This document shows positions 13,696 to 22,297 of a stretch of DNA of 64,000 nt, piece by piece. Below the pieces are notes generated by a model that worked only from the letters and a program-made list of their open reading frames with translations, ran no database searches and was not told where the DNA came from. Positions within the stretch are counted from its first letter, which is position 1. The number at the start of each line of letters is the position of its first letter. The stretch comes from an uncultured Actinomycetes bacterium (GTDB lineage Bacteria > Actinomycetota > UBA4738 > JBBDTT01). A program made the translations under genes and the position numbers. The stretch spans positions 416,001 through 480,000 of the forward strand of contig CAVUMN010000004.1 of the NCBI GenBank assembly GCA_963742735.1. Direction: 5' to 3'.

Positions 13696-13725
13696 GAAGG
13701 GCTCGCCCGGAAGGGCGGGCCCTTC
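13696..13725. terminator. Hairpin between convergent genes
   Basis: GAAGGGCTCGCCC-GGAA-GGGCGGGCCCTTC, a 13-bp stem with one G-U pair. Confidence 0.7.
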
Positions 13726-14485
13726 AGCGTTTCCGGAGGCGCCTGCGGGCCACGTCCAGGGCGTAGGGGGCCACGCCGAGCGGTCCGGCGTGCCGGGCCA
13801 CCATGCGGGCGCGGTTGGCCACCGTGCGCCGCGCGATGGCGCCGAGCGACCACCGCGATCCCGAGGCCGTCCCGCCGGCGTGCTCGGCCCGAGCACGCTT
13901 CGCGACGACCACCCGCCCACCGTCGCGCCACACCCGCCAGCAGAGCTCCTCGTCCTCGACGTACATGAAGAACCGCCTGTCGAACCGCAGGTCGGTGTGC
14001 CCGGGGGCCAGCAGCATCGCCGCGCCCGGCAGCCACGGGACGGCCCGCCACCCGTCGCCGGCGGCTGCCTCCCCGTCCCAGGCCAGCGGCGCGGGGAATC
14101 GGTCCTTGGCGGGCCGGGGCTCATGGTGCTCGTCGAGCAGCACCGGCCCTGCGATCCAGGCGCCGGCGTCCTCCGCGGCGCGCAGGAGCTCCGCCACGGC
14201 GCCCTCGGCCAGGTAGGCGTCCTGGTTCAGGACGAGGGCCGCGACGCCACGGGCCGCCTTCAGTCCCGCGTTCGCCGCCCGGCCGAACCCGACGTTCCGC
14301 GGCATGGCCAGGACCCGCACCCGCGGGTCCAGGTGCGCCCAACGGAGGTCGTTGGCGACCCCCTCGTTGTCGACGACGATCGCCTCGAGGACCTCGGGCT
14401 GGGCCAGCGCCGCGGCCAGGCTCGCCCGAAGCTCGTTCCGCCCCCGGTAGTGGACGATGACCGCGGAGACCGACGGCTCCGTCAC
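13724..14485 (-). CDS. Glycosyltransferase family 2 (WbbL-like)
   Basis: VIVHY, IVVDN, NVGFGRAANAG, LVLNQDA, FDRRFFMYVEDEELCWR. Confidence 0.92.
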   Translation of the reverse strand: MTEPSVSAVIVHYRGRNELRASLAAALAQPEVLEAIVVDNEGVANDLRWAHLDPRVRVLAMPRNVGFGRAANAGLKAARGVAALVLNQDAYLAEGAVAELLRAAEDAGAWIAGPVLLDEHHEPRPAKDRFPAPLAWDGEAAAGDGWRAVPWLPGAAMLLAPGHTDLRFDRRFFMYVEDEELCWRVWRDGGRVVVAKRARAEHAGGTASGSRWSLGAIARRTVANRARMVARHAGPLGVAPYALDVARRRLRKR

Positions 14486-15381
14486 GAGCCTCGGACTCGC
14501 GGGCGGACCAGCTGAGCCATGCTCGCCCGCGCGTCGCGCGCCCGCTCGCGCAGCCAGATCGCCACGGGGTTCGCGAAGACTCCGTTGCGGCGCCGGATGG
14601 CCCGTAACCGCGCCTCGACCTCCGGGCGCCGCTCGGCGATGCGCGCGTCCATGAGCTCGCCCGCGTACCGGTGGAGATCCACATCGAGCGCGTTGCGCTC
14701 CCGGATGGCCTCCAGGATGGCGGGGTCGAGGTCTCGTTCGCGCGGCCGGTCCTCGCTCACGTTGCGGGTGAGATAGGCGTGCGGGCGCCAGCCGAGCTCA
14801 ATACCCAGCAGGGCTACGAACTCGTCGAAGCGCTCTGTGACGCCGACCACACGCATCGTGCGCAGGTTCGCCTTCGCCTGCTCGAGCTGCCGGGGCGTGA
14901 TCGAGATCGACCCCGCGAGCCCTGCAAGCCGGCGCGTCTGGCCGTTGTCGACTTCCCAATCTCGCGCCTCGGCGACATAGTCGGCGAGGGCCCGCGTGAG
15001 CCCCTGGTGGGCCGTTCGGTGGGCGTACATCGACAGCACCCGGGGCACCGGATCGCGGATCAGCGTGATGTAGTCGGCGGGGAACGGCAGCGCCTCGTGA
15101 AAGCCATACGAGAAGTGTCCGATCAGCAGGCGGAGATGCCCGACCCGATCGGGAGGCAGCTCCCGAACGAGCCGTCGGTACTGCCGCTGAGGGTCGGGTG
15201 TGCCCATCCCCGCGGGCTGCTCCTCCAGACCCTGCATGTAGCGCATGTGGTGTTTCGCCGCCTCTCCCGGCCCGGCGGGTTCCATCCACACCTCATCGCG
15301 GCGGAACCGTCGAGCGAGGAGGCCCCGGAGCGTCGATCCGGCGGTCTTCGGAACGTGAAGGAAGATGACCGCGCGCGTCAC
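14482..15381 (-). CDS. Sulfotransferase family 2 protein
   Basis: FLHVPKTAGST (5'-PSB), GHF, IRDPVPRVLSMY (3'-PB), DNGQTR, VGVTERFDE. GTG start at 15381. Confidence 0.9.
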   Translation of the reverse strand: MTRAVIFLHVPKTAGSTLRGLLARRFRRDEVWMEPAGPGEAAKHHMRYMQGLEEQPAGMGTPDPQRQYRRLVRELPPDRVGHLRLLIGHFSYGFHEALPFPADYITLIRDPVPRVLSMYAHRTAHQGLTRALADYVAEARDWEVDNGQTRRLAGLAGSISITPRQLEQAKANLRTMRVVGVTERFDEFVALLGIELGWRPHAYLTRNVSEDRPRERDLDPAILEAIRERNALDVDLHRYAGELMDARIAERRPEVEARLRAIRRRNGVFANPVAIWLRERARDARASMAQLVRPRVRGS

Positions 15382-16328
15382 GTGCGCTCTTTCTCCCGCC
15401 GGAGCCGAACGTCGCGGGGCACCGGTCGCCCCATGAGGCGAGCGCTCAGCGATAGCGCACGGTCGTAGGCCGGGCGCATCCGCCGGTAGACGGCGAGTCG
15501 GCGACGGTACGCCGCCACGTCCCGGTCCGGGTCGATTCCGAGCTCCTCGACTCGCCGGTCGAGAAGCGCATGTGCGATCCGCACGAGCTCCAGGTCGTAC
15601 TCGTTGTGGCGGCGGAGGATGTCCGCCACGTCGTCCGGCAGGTCTTCCACGCGAGGCCGGCCTCGCGACACGTTGTACGGCACGTAGCCGAGTTTGTGCC
15701 AACCGAAGGTTCGGGCCATGGCCAGAACGCTCAGGTCGAATCGTTCGGTCATGCCGACCACCGAGAAATGCTCACGAAGGTTACTCACCGCGCTCTCGAA
15801 CTGTTCTGAGGTGATCGCGGCACCCAGGCTTGCTCCACGCGAGAGGTTTCGGGTCTGGAGGTTGTCCATCGCGGTGTCGCGCTCGGACCGGATGTAGTCC
15901 TCCACGGACATCCTCAGGCCGTGTCGTGTGGCGCGATGGTGGTAACCGGACAGGACTCGGTCCAACGGGTCGCGCAGGATCGTGATGTACGTGGACGGGC
16001 CTGGGACGGCCTCGTGGATACCGAACCGCATATGTCCCAAGACGACCCGAACCCGCGACAGCCGCTCGGGAGGCAGGGCCCGGATCTGCGCCATGTGGAC
16101 GTCCAGGGGCGACTGGCTCACGGCATCGGGCTGACCCCCCTCCATGAGCCAACGCACGTGCGCCTGCCGTCTCTGATCTTCCGCGCCGCCCGGAAGCCTG
16201 GGGTTGTAGGTCGCCCCCGGCTTGTACTGGCGCCAGATCAGCTGTCGCAGCGTGAGCCCGCCGGTCTTCGGGACGTGCACGAAGATGATCGTTGGGTCGT
16301 CTCGGGCAGGTTCGACTCGGGAATCCAC
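15378..16328 (-). CDS. Sulfotransferase family 2 protein
   Basis: FVHVPKTGGLT, LRDPLDRVLSGY, DNLQTR, VGMTERFD, NEYDLEL. Confidence 0.9.
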   Translation of the reverse strand: MDSRVEPARDDPTIIFVHVPKTGGLTLRQLIWRQYKPGATYNPRLPGGAEDQRRQAHVRWLMEGGQPDAVSQSPLDVHMAQIRALPPERLSRVRVVLGHMRFGIHEAVPGPSTYITILRDPLDRVLSGYHHRATRHGLRMSVEDYIRSERDTAMDNLQTRNLSRGASLGAAITSEQFESAVSNLREHFSVVGMTERFDLSVLAMARTFGWHKLGYVPYNVSRGRPRVEDLPDDVADILRRHNEYDLELVRIAHALLDRRVEELGIDPDRDVAAYRRRLAVYRRMRPAYDRALSLSARLMGRPVPRDVRLRREKERT

Positions 16329-16355
16329 GACGCCTGGATTCTAGGGTCCGCTACC

Positions 16356-17567
16356 ATGCCGTTGGCCGCCGACATGGAACCCCCATTCACGATCGTGTGC
16401 TTCTCCGGAGTCGACTGGAGGTCCCATCGCCAGCGGCCCCACATGCTGATGGAGTCCTTCGCCCGGCGGGGCGCCGACGTCGTCTTCGTCGACAACCTCG
16501 GGACGCGCCTGCCGCGCGTACGCGACGCAGGACGTGTCGCAAGGCGCCTGGCGGGGTGGACGACGCCCTCGCGGATCGAACGGCCCGCGCGAGTCAGCCG
16601 GCCCGCGGACGGTCGGAGAACGGGACAAATCCGTGTCGAGTCGCCCGTGGTGCTCCCGATGCAACAGCTCGGCCCGGTGCGCGCTCTGGGCCGCTCCACG
16701 CTCGTCCGGCGCCTCCGGCGCCGAGTGCGACCAGGTTCTGGACCCCTCGTGGTCTGGACGTACCTGCCGCTCCCGGTCATCGCGGACGCGGCCGCGGCCC
16801 TCGGAGCCGACCTGCTGGTCTACGACTGGTCCGACGACGCCTCTCAGCGCGTCCTCTCCTCGAGTGTGCGACAGCGCCGGCGCCTGGGCCAATGGGAGGA
16901 CGAGATGGTCCGTCGGGCGGACCTCGTGTTCGTCGCATCCGCCGAGCTTCTGCGGTCCCGGGGGTCGGCGAATCCGAACACGCACGTGGTTCCCCACGGA
17001 TCGCCCGGCGAGCACCGCCAGGGCAGGGACGTCGTGATGCCATCACCGTCCGAGCTGGCCGGTCTTGCCCGCCCCCGGATCGGTTTCGTCGGCAGCATCT
17101 CGGCCTGGATCGACCTCCCGCTGATCGAGGGCCTCGCCCGAGCGCGGCCCAAATGGTCGTTCGTTATGGTGGGGCCGGTGAAGACGAGCGTGAGAACCCT
17201 TCGGCGGCTCCCGAACGTCACGCTCATCGGCGAGCGGCCCCACGAGGAAATCCCCGCGTTCCTCGCCGGGTTTGACGTGGCAATCATCCCCTACCGAGTG
17301 ACGCCGGCGATGGCTGCGGCGAGCCCCGTGAAGCTTCGGGAGTACCTCGAGGCGGGTCTCCCGGTGATCTCGGTCGACGTTCCCGAGGTCCACTCCTTCG
17401 CTCCTCGCGTACAAGTGGCATCTGGCATCGAGGGGTTCCTCCGGGAGATCGAGGGCGCCCTCGCGCGGCGGCGGCCCCGGCGACGGATCCCCAAGGGCGA
17501 GTCGTGGGATGAGCGGGCCTCCGAGATGATCGCCCGCATGGACCAGGCGCTGCTCGCCGCTCGATGA
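16356..17567 (+). CDS. GT-B glycosyltransferase (TuaH/GT4-like)
   Basis: W...RQRPHMLM, LVYDWSDD, IGFVGSISAWID, FDVAIIPY...SPVKLREYL. Confidence 0.9.
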   Translation: MPLAADMEPPFTIVCFSGVDWRSHRQRPHMLMESFARRGADVVFVDNLGTRLPRVRDAGRVARRLAGWTTPSRIERPARVSRPADGRRTGQIRVESPVVLPMQQLGPVRALGRSTLVRRLRRRVRPGSGPLVVWTYLPLPVIADAAAALGADLLVYDWSDDASQRVLSSSVRQRRRLGQWEDEMVRRADLVFVASAELLRSRGSANPNTHVVPHGSPGEHRQGRDVVMPSPSELAGLARPRIGFVGSISAWIDLPLIEGLARARPKWSFVMVGPVKTSVRTLRRLPNVTLIGERPHEEIPAFLAGFDVAIIPYRVTPAMAAASPVKLREYLEAGLPVISVDVPEVHSFAPRVQVASGIEGFLREIEGALARRRPRRRIPKGESWDERASEMIARMDQALLAAR

Positions 17568-18352
17568 GCGACCCCTCCGCCTCCACCCTCCCTGCGAGGG
17601 TCTCCCGAGCTTGGGAAGTCCTCGCGGCCCTCACCATCAGTGAGATCCGTCAGGACCGGGACTTCACGCCCCTCGGCGTCCTGAAGTGGGTCCTCGAGCC
17701 GCTGATCTTCATGGGCGTCTACTTCATCCTGGTGGTCGCCGTCCTCGGTAAGGTCGGAAACAACTTCCTGCTGTTCCTGCTGTGCGCCCTGCTGCCGTAT
17801 CGGTACTTCTCCGGCGTGGCCGGAGGTTCGCTGAGGCTCGTCGGACGGCATTCCTCGATCCTCACGAACCGCTCGTTCCCCCGTAGCGTGCTGCCGCTCG
17901 TGTTGATCGGGACAGAGGGGTTCACGTTCTGCATCTCGCTGGTGTTCCTGGCCCCGGTGATGGCGTACTACCGGATCGGCCCCACCCTGGCGTTCTTGTG
18001 GCTGCCGGTCGTGTTGCTGGTGTTCGGCGTGCTCTGTACCGGAGTGGCGTACCTGGGGACCGTCTTCGGGCTGTACCTCCCCGACTTCCGGAGCCTCGCC
18101 CAGAGCCTGATCCGCGTGTTGTTCTTCATGTCCACGGGCCTCGTCCGCAAGGCGCCGGGGTCGAACCTGCCGGCGCTGCTCGAGGCCAACCCGCTGTCAG
18201 GCGTGTTCGACGCCATCCGCGCCATCGTCATCCAGGGCCGAGCCCCGCAGGCGGGCGATGTGGTCTATCCGCTGGTGGTCGGCGTGGTCATCCTGGCCAT
18301 TGGCCTGACGCTGCACCGGTGGCGCGAGCCGCACTTCGCCAAGGAGGTGTGA
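17564..18352 (+). CDS. ABC-2 polysaccharide export permease (Wzm/TagG-like)
   Basis: LGVLKWVLEPL, six TM segments, ANPLSGVFDAIR. Confidence 0.9.
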   Translation: MSDPSASTLPARVSRAWEVLAALTISEIRQDRDFTPLGVLKWVLEPLIFMGVYFILVVAVLGKVGNNFLLFLLCALLPYRYFSGVAGGSLRLVGRHSSILTNRSFPRSVLPLVLIGTEGFTFCISLVFLAPVMAYYRIGPTLAFLWLPVVLLVFGVLCTGVAYLGTVFGLYLPDFRSLAQSLIRVLFFMSTGLVRKAPGSNLPALLEANPLSGVFDAIRAIVIQGRAPQAGDVVYPLVVGVVILAIGLTLHRWREPHFAKEV

Positions 18353-19149
18353 TGGCGAGCGCGATCGCCCTTCGGGACGTGGGGATCCGGTTCAAGGTGC
18401 CCCGCCGAGGCCGCGGAGGTCGAGGTATCCCGCGCCTGCTCGGCCGGAGGCGCTCGAGGTTCTGGGGCATCCGCCACATCAGCTTCGAGGTCGGCCACGG
18501 CGAGGTGGTGGGACTGATCGGTCCCAACGGCTCGGGGAAGTCCACCCTCTTGCGGACGGTGTCGGGGATCTATACACCGAGCGAGGGTCAGGCCATCGTC
18601 GGGGGCCGGGTGGGCCCCCTCCTGTCGGCCGCCGCCGGCCTGGAACCGGGACTGACGGGCTGGGAGAACATCGAGCTTTCGGGGGTCCTGCTCGGCCTGA
18701 CTCGCGCCCAGGCGAAGCAGATCATGCAGCCCGTAGCGGAGTTCGCCGAGATCCTCGAGTTCATGGACGCCCCGGTCAGGGTGTACTCCGCCGGGATGAA
18801 GGCCCGGCTCGGGTTCGCGATCGCGGTGCATACCGACCCGGACATCCTGGCACTGGATGAGGTCATCGCCGTCGGCGATCAGGAGTTCCGCGACCGGAGC
18901 GCGGCCAAGATCCGCGAGTTCATCTCCGCGGGGAAGACGGTCATCGTGACCAGCCACGAGGTCGACAAGATCGCCGACCTGTGCAGCCGGTTCGTGCGGC
19001 TCGAGCGGGGCCGGATGGTCGACGACGGACCTCCAGAGAGGGTCGCCAAGAAATACCTCGATGACCACGGGGGGAGAACCCCGCGGGGCGACCTCCCGCG
19101 AGCCCGCCGGCGCCGGCAGCCGTTGTGGGCCGACGCCGACGACGCCTGA
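18352..19149 (+). CDS. Polysaccharide ABC transporter ATPase (Wzt/TagH-like)
   Basis: GPNGSGKST, LTGWENI, YSAGMKARLGFA, LDEVIAVGD. TGATG coupling to the permease. Confidence 0.93.
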   Translation: MASAIALRDVGIRFKVPRRGRGGRGIPRLLGRRRSRFWGIRHISFEVGHGEVVGLIGPNGSGKSTLLRTVSGIYTPSEGQAIVGGRVGPLLSAAAGLEPGLTGWENIELSGVLLGLTRAQAKQIMQPVAEFAEILEFMDAPVRVYSAGMKARLGFAIAVHTDPDILALDEVIAVGDQEFRDRSAAKIREFISAGKTVIVTSHEVDKIADLCSRFVRLERGRMVDDGPPERVAKKYLDDHGGRTPRGDLPRARRRRQPLWADADDA

Positions 19150-19193
19150 GGCCGATCCGTTCGACATTTCGGCAGAAATCAGCGACCGGGTAC

Positions 19194-19222
19194 TTGCCCA
19201 ACCGCGAGCGTTTGCCGATAGT
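19194..19222 (+). promoter_or_regulatory. Putative promoter of the structured RNA
   Basis: TTGCCC-N17-GATAGT. Confidence 0.5.
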
Positions 19223-19228
19223 GCACCC

Positions 19229-19454
19229 ACGAGAGGAAGGAGGTGGTCCTACTTGTCTGATGGCAGTTCGACCCTCGAGGTGACTGGCTGCTGAGTCACC
19301 CCCAGCGGGACCCGAGGCAGACCACCTCCTGAAGGTCCCGCCGCCAAGGGGAAGCTTGGCGGAATCCCAACCAGCTCACCGGCCCCGGAGGTCCCGGAGT
19401 GGTCGACCCGGGCGGCGTTCGCGCCGAGCATCCTCCGGGGTCGCTTCTTTTTTT
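19229..19454 (+). ncRNA. Unidentified structured RNA with internal 13-codon ORF and intrinsic terminator
   Basis: Stems 19238-48/19320-30, 19279-85/19294-300, 19305-12/19334-41, 19341-48/19355-62 and 19380-91/19432-43, a UUCG hairpin, and a terminal T-tract. Confidence 0.7.
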
Positions 19455-19490
19455 GCTTCGCTCCGGCCCGGGTGCGATAGGTTCCCCGGC

Positions 19491-19898
19491 GTGAGGCGGA
19501 TCGGCGCGCTCGTGTTGCTGATCGCACTGGTGGGCTGCTCCACGCCCGACCAGAGGGAGTTCTCGCCCCCCGATCGCGTCCGGCTCTCCGACGGAAGCGA
19601 GGGCGTCGACCGCGGCGAGGCCGAGGCGATCGACGGGGCGATCCAGATCCGGATGGTGGAGTTCGCCTTCGAGCCGACCGTGGTGATCGCCCCCGGTGGC
19701 TCGGCCCTGGAGGTCGAGCTCGTCAACGCCGGCCAGAACGTGCACGGGTTCGAGGTGTCCGCACTGGGGATCGACACCACGCTCGCCGAGGGCGCCCGCG
19801 AGACCGTCACCATCGCCGTGCCCGAGAACGGGGCGGTCGTTTTCGAGTGCAAGTTCCACCTGCCGCGCGCGATGCGCGGCGAGATCCGGGCCGGCTGA
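19491..19898 (+). CDS. Cupredoxin-domain lipoprotein
   Basis: Lipobox LVGC, EFAFEP, NVHGF, FECKFHLPRAMRGEI (type-1 Cu ligands His, Cys, His, Met). Confidence 0.85.
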   Translation: MRRIGALVLLIALVGCSTPDQREFSPPDRVRLSDGSEGVDRGEAEAIDGAIQIRMVEFAFEPTVVIAPGGSALEVELVNAGQNVHGFEVSALGIDTTLAEGARETVTIAVPENGAVVFECKFHLPRAMRGEIRAG

Positions 19899-19899
19899 G

Positions 19900-20358
19900 T
19901 CAGCCCGCCTGGGCCTGCTCGGCTTTCTTGAGCCCGGCTCGCACCGATTGCGCCACCGGCTTTCCCCGGGTCAGGGCGATCAGGCGGATCGCGAACTTGC
20001 CGAGGAGGCCGATGCCCTCGCGGCTCCAGGTGACGTGGATGCGGCTGCCGCCCTGGTCGCCGGGTGCGATCTCGGCTTGGACGAAGCTGCCGGGCTTCGA
20101 GAAGTTGCTCTCCTTGACGGTCCACTTCACCGTCCCCGGCACCGACCAGTCGTAGCGCTCGATGGCCCAGATCTTCATCCCGGGCGCCTTGGTCCCCTCC
20201 TTGATCTCGGCCCAGGTGTCGCCGACCTCGAGGACCTCGTAGAACTCAGGGGCGATGCCCGGCCAGATCTCCGGCCGGTTGGCGGAGAAATCCAGGAGCA
20301 TCTCCCTGACCTTCTCCGGCGGCAGCGTGGTCTCCACGTCCATCTCGACCTTCGGCAT
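19900..20358 (-). CDS. SRPBCC/polyketide cyclase-like protein
   Basis: PEKVREMLLDFSANRPEIWP...WAIERYDWS...GSRIHVTWSR. Confidence 0.8.
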   Translation of the reverse strand: MPKVEMDVETTLPPEKVREMLLDFSANRPEIWPGIAPEFYEVLEVGDTWAEIKEGTKAPGMKIWAIERYDWSVPGTVKWTVKESNFSKPGSFVQAEIAPGDQGGSRIHVTWSREGIGLLGKFAIRLIALTRGKPVAQSVRAGLKKAEQAQAG

Positions 20359-20415
20359 GGGCCGCATTGTTCACCGAGCGCCACGGCGGTAACAAGTGCC
20401 GCCCTACAATCGGGC

Positions 20416-20487
20416 GGGGGTGTAGCTCAGTGGTAGAGCACCTGCTTTGCAAGCAGGGGGTCGCCGGTTCGAATCCGGTCACCTCCA
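20416..20487 (+). tRNA. tRNA-Ala(TGC)
   Basis: GGGGGTG/CACCTCC acceptor with G3:U70, anticodon loop TTTGCAA, TACAAT -10 just upstream. Confidence 0.98.
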
Positions 20488-20494
20488 CCCGGGC

Positions 20495-20776
20495 CTAGGC
20501 GTCCTCGACCGCCACCACCGGCAGGATGCGGCTGTGCGTGCGTCCCACCATGCCGGCCTTCAGCAAGGCCTCCTCGATGACGTGGCTGCTGGGGGCGTCG
20601 ATCAAGAGGAAGATCTCGTGGGCGGACCGGTTCACCCACCATCCCTGCACGGTCATGCCCGTCTCGGCCGCCGAGTCCTTGAACCCGTCCAGCGCCGGGG
20701 CCAGCGCCTCCTCCTCTGCCTTGCCGCGAAACGCGCAGCTCTCCGGGTTGTGGGTGTTGACCACCATGTGCAGCAT
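20495..20776 (-). CDS. Small hypothetical protein (GYD/DUF3303-like ferredoxin fold)
   Basis: GAAGGAGGAG RBS. MLHMVVNTHNPESCA...HEIFLLIDAPS. Confidence 0.7.
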   Translation of the reverse strand: MLHMVVNTHNPESCAFRGKAEEEALAPALDGFKDSAAETGMTVQGWWVNRSAHEIFLLIDAPSSHVIEEALLKAGMVGRTHSRILPVVAVEDA

Positions 20777-20863
20777 CCGACTCCTCCTTCCGGGACGTCC
20801 GCATCGTAGGGCTGATGCTATCCATCGGGGAGGAGCCGCATCGCGCGGGGTACGTTCTCGGGC

Positions 20864-22273
20864 ATGCCGTGGCTGCGGATCGTCGTGCCGGCCGAGGACC
20901 TCCGCCCCGGCCTGGAGGCCATCCGTCGCGAATCCCACGTCCCCGAGGGGTTCCCGCCGGAGGTGGAGTCCGAGGCACAGGAGGCAGCCGGCCGAGGACC
21001 CGAGGCGTCCGAGCGCGCCGATCGCCGCGACCTGGAGCTGGTCAGCCTTGACCCACCGGGCAGCCGCGACCTCGACCAGGCGTTCCTGGCCGAGCGGTCG
21101 GGTTCCGGGTTCCGGGTGCGCTACGCGATCGCCGACGTCGCCGCGTTCGTGCGCCCGGAGGGAGCCGTGGACCAGGAGGCGTGGCGGCGCGGCCTGACGC
21201 TCTACCTGCCCGACGGACGCGTCCCCCTGCACCCGCCGGCCCTGTCGGAGGGCGCGGCCAGCCTCCTTCCCGGCGCCGAGCGGCCGGCGCTGCTGTGGAC
21301 GATCGACCTGGACGACCGCGCGGAGGTCACTGAATCGCGGCTGGAGCGCGCCGTGGTCCGCAATCGCCGTGCCCTCACCTATCCGGAGGTGCAGGAGGGC
21401 CTCGACGCCGGCCACGCGGACGAGCCGTTGCGCCTGCTCCGGGAGATCGGGCGGCTCCGCCAGGACCGCGAGGCGGAGCGGGGAGGCATCAGCCTGAACC
21501 TGCCGGTGCGCGAGCTGACCCCGACCCCCGGCGGCTATCGGTTCAGCTTCGAGGCGCCGCTGCCCGTCGAGGGCTGGAACGCCCAGATCTCGCTGCTGGC
21601 CGGCCACTGCGCCGCCCGGATCATGACCGACGGCGGCGTGGGCATCCTGCGGACCCTCCCGCCCGTCGCCGAGGGTCAGGTCGAGCGGCTCCGGCGCGTC
21701 GCGCGAGCCCTGGAGATCGACTGGCCGCCCGATGCCACCCTCGGTGACGTCGTGCGCCGAGAGGACGGTGCCACCCAGGACAGCGCCGCGTTCCTGACCC
21801 AGGTGACGCATGCGCTGCGCGGCGCCGACTACCGCGTCGTGGACTCGAACCCGCAGGTGCACGGCGGCCTGGCGATGCTCTACGCGCACGTGACGGCGCC
21901 GCTGCGCCGCCTGGTCGACCGCTACGCGAACGAGGTGGTCCTGGCCCTCTGCGCCGGCGTCGAGCCGCCCGGCTGGGCCGCCGAGCACCTCGACCGGCTG
22001 CCCGAGGCCATGGCCGAGGCCGACCGGCGCTCGGACCGGATCGAGGGCGAGGTGCTCAACCTGGCGGAGGCGGTGGTCCTGGCGCCACATGTCGGCGAGA
22101 CGTTCGCGGCGACCGTGATCGACCGGAGCCGGGAGAAGGCCACCGTGCTGCTGCGCGACCCGCCGGTGGTGGCCCGGATCGCGCCGGAGAGCCTGGAGTT
22201 CGGCCAGGACGTGAACCTGCGGCTCACCGCCGCGGACCCGGTCGAGCGGCGGCTTGCGCTCGAGGTCCTCTAG
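20864..22273 (+). CDS. RNB-domain (RNase II/R family) ribonuclease
   Basis: SLDPPGSRDLDQA, YAIADVA, YAHVTAPLRRLVDR. Confidence 0.93.
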   Translation: MPWLRIVVPAEDLRPGLEAIRRESHVPEGFPPEVESEAQEAAGRGPEASERADRRDLELVSLDPPGSRDLDQAFLAERSGSGFRVRYAIADVAAFVRPEGAVDQEAWRRGLTLYLPDGRVPLHPPALSEGAASLLPGAERPALLWTIDLDDRAEVTESRLERAVVRNRRALTYPEVQEGLDAGHADEPLRLLREIGRLRQDREAERGGISLNLPVRELTPTPGGYRFSFEAPLPVEGWNAQISLLAGHCAARIMTDGGVGILRTLPPVAEGQVERLRRVARALEIDWPPDATLGDVVRREDGATQDSAAFLTQVTHALRGADYRVVDSNPQVHGGLAMLYAHVTAPLRRLVDRYANEVVLALCAGVEPPGWAAEHLDRLPEAMAEADRRSDRIEGEVLNLAEAVVLAPHVGETFAATVIDRSREKATVLLRDPPVVARIAPESLEFGQDVNLRLTAADPVERRLALEVL

Positions 22274-22297
22274 GCCAGACGTTCAACGCGGGGAGCG

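Noticed and set aside
19229-19454. Assignment of the structured RNA as tmRNA, SRP, RNase P RNA, T-box or a known riboswitch
   Set aside because: It lacks the tRNA-like ends and tag peptide, the SRP domain IV motif, the RNase P consensus and the T-box sequence. No aptamer consensus was recognised.
13502-20415. Integrative element between tRNA-Ile and tRNA-Ala
   Set aside because: No integrase, transposase or duplicated tRNA 3' end was found, so it is treated as accessory genes only.
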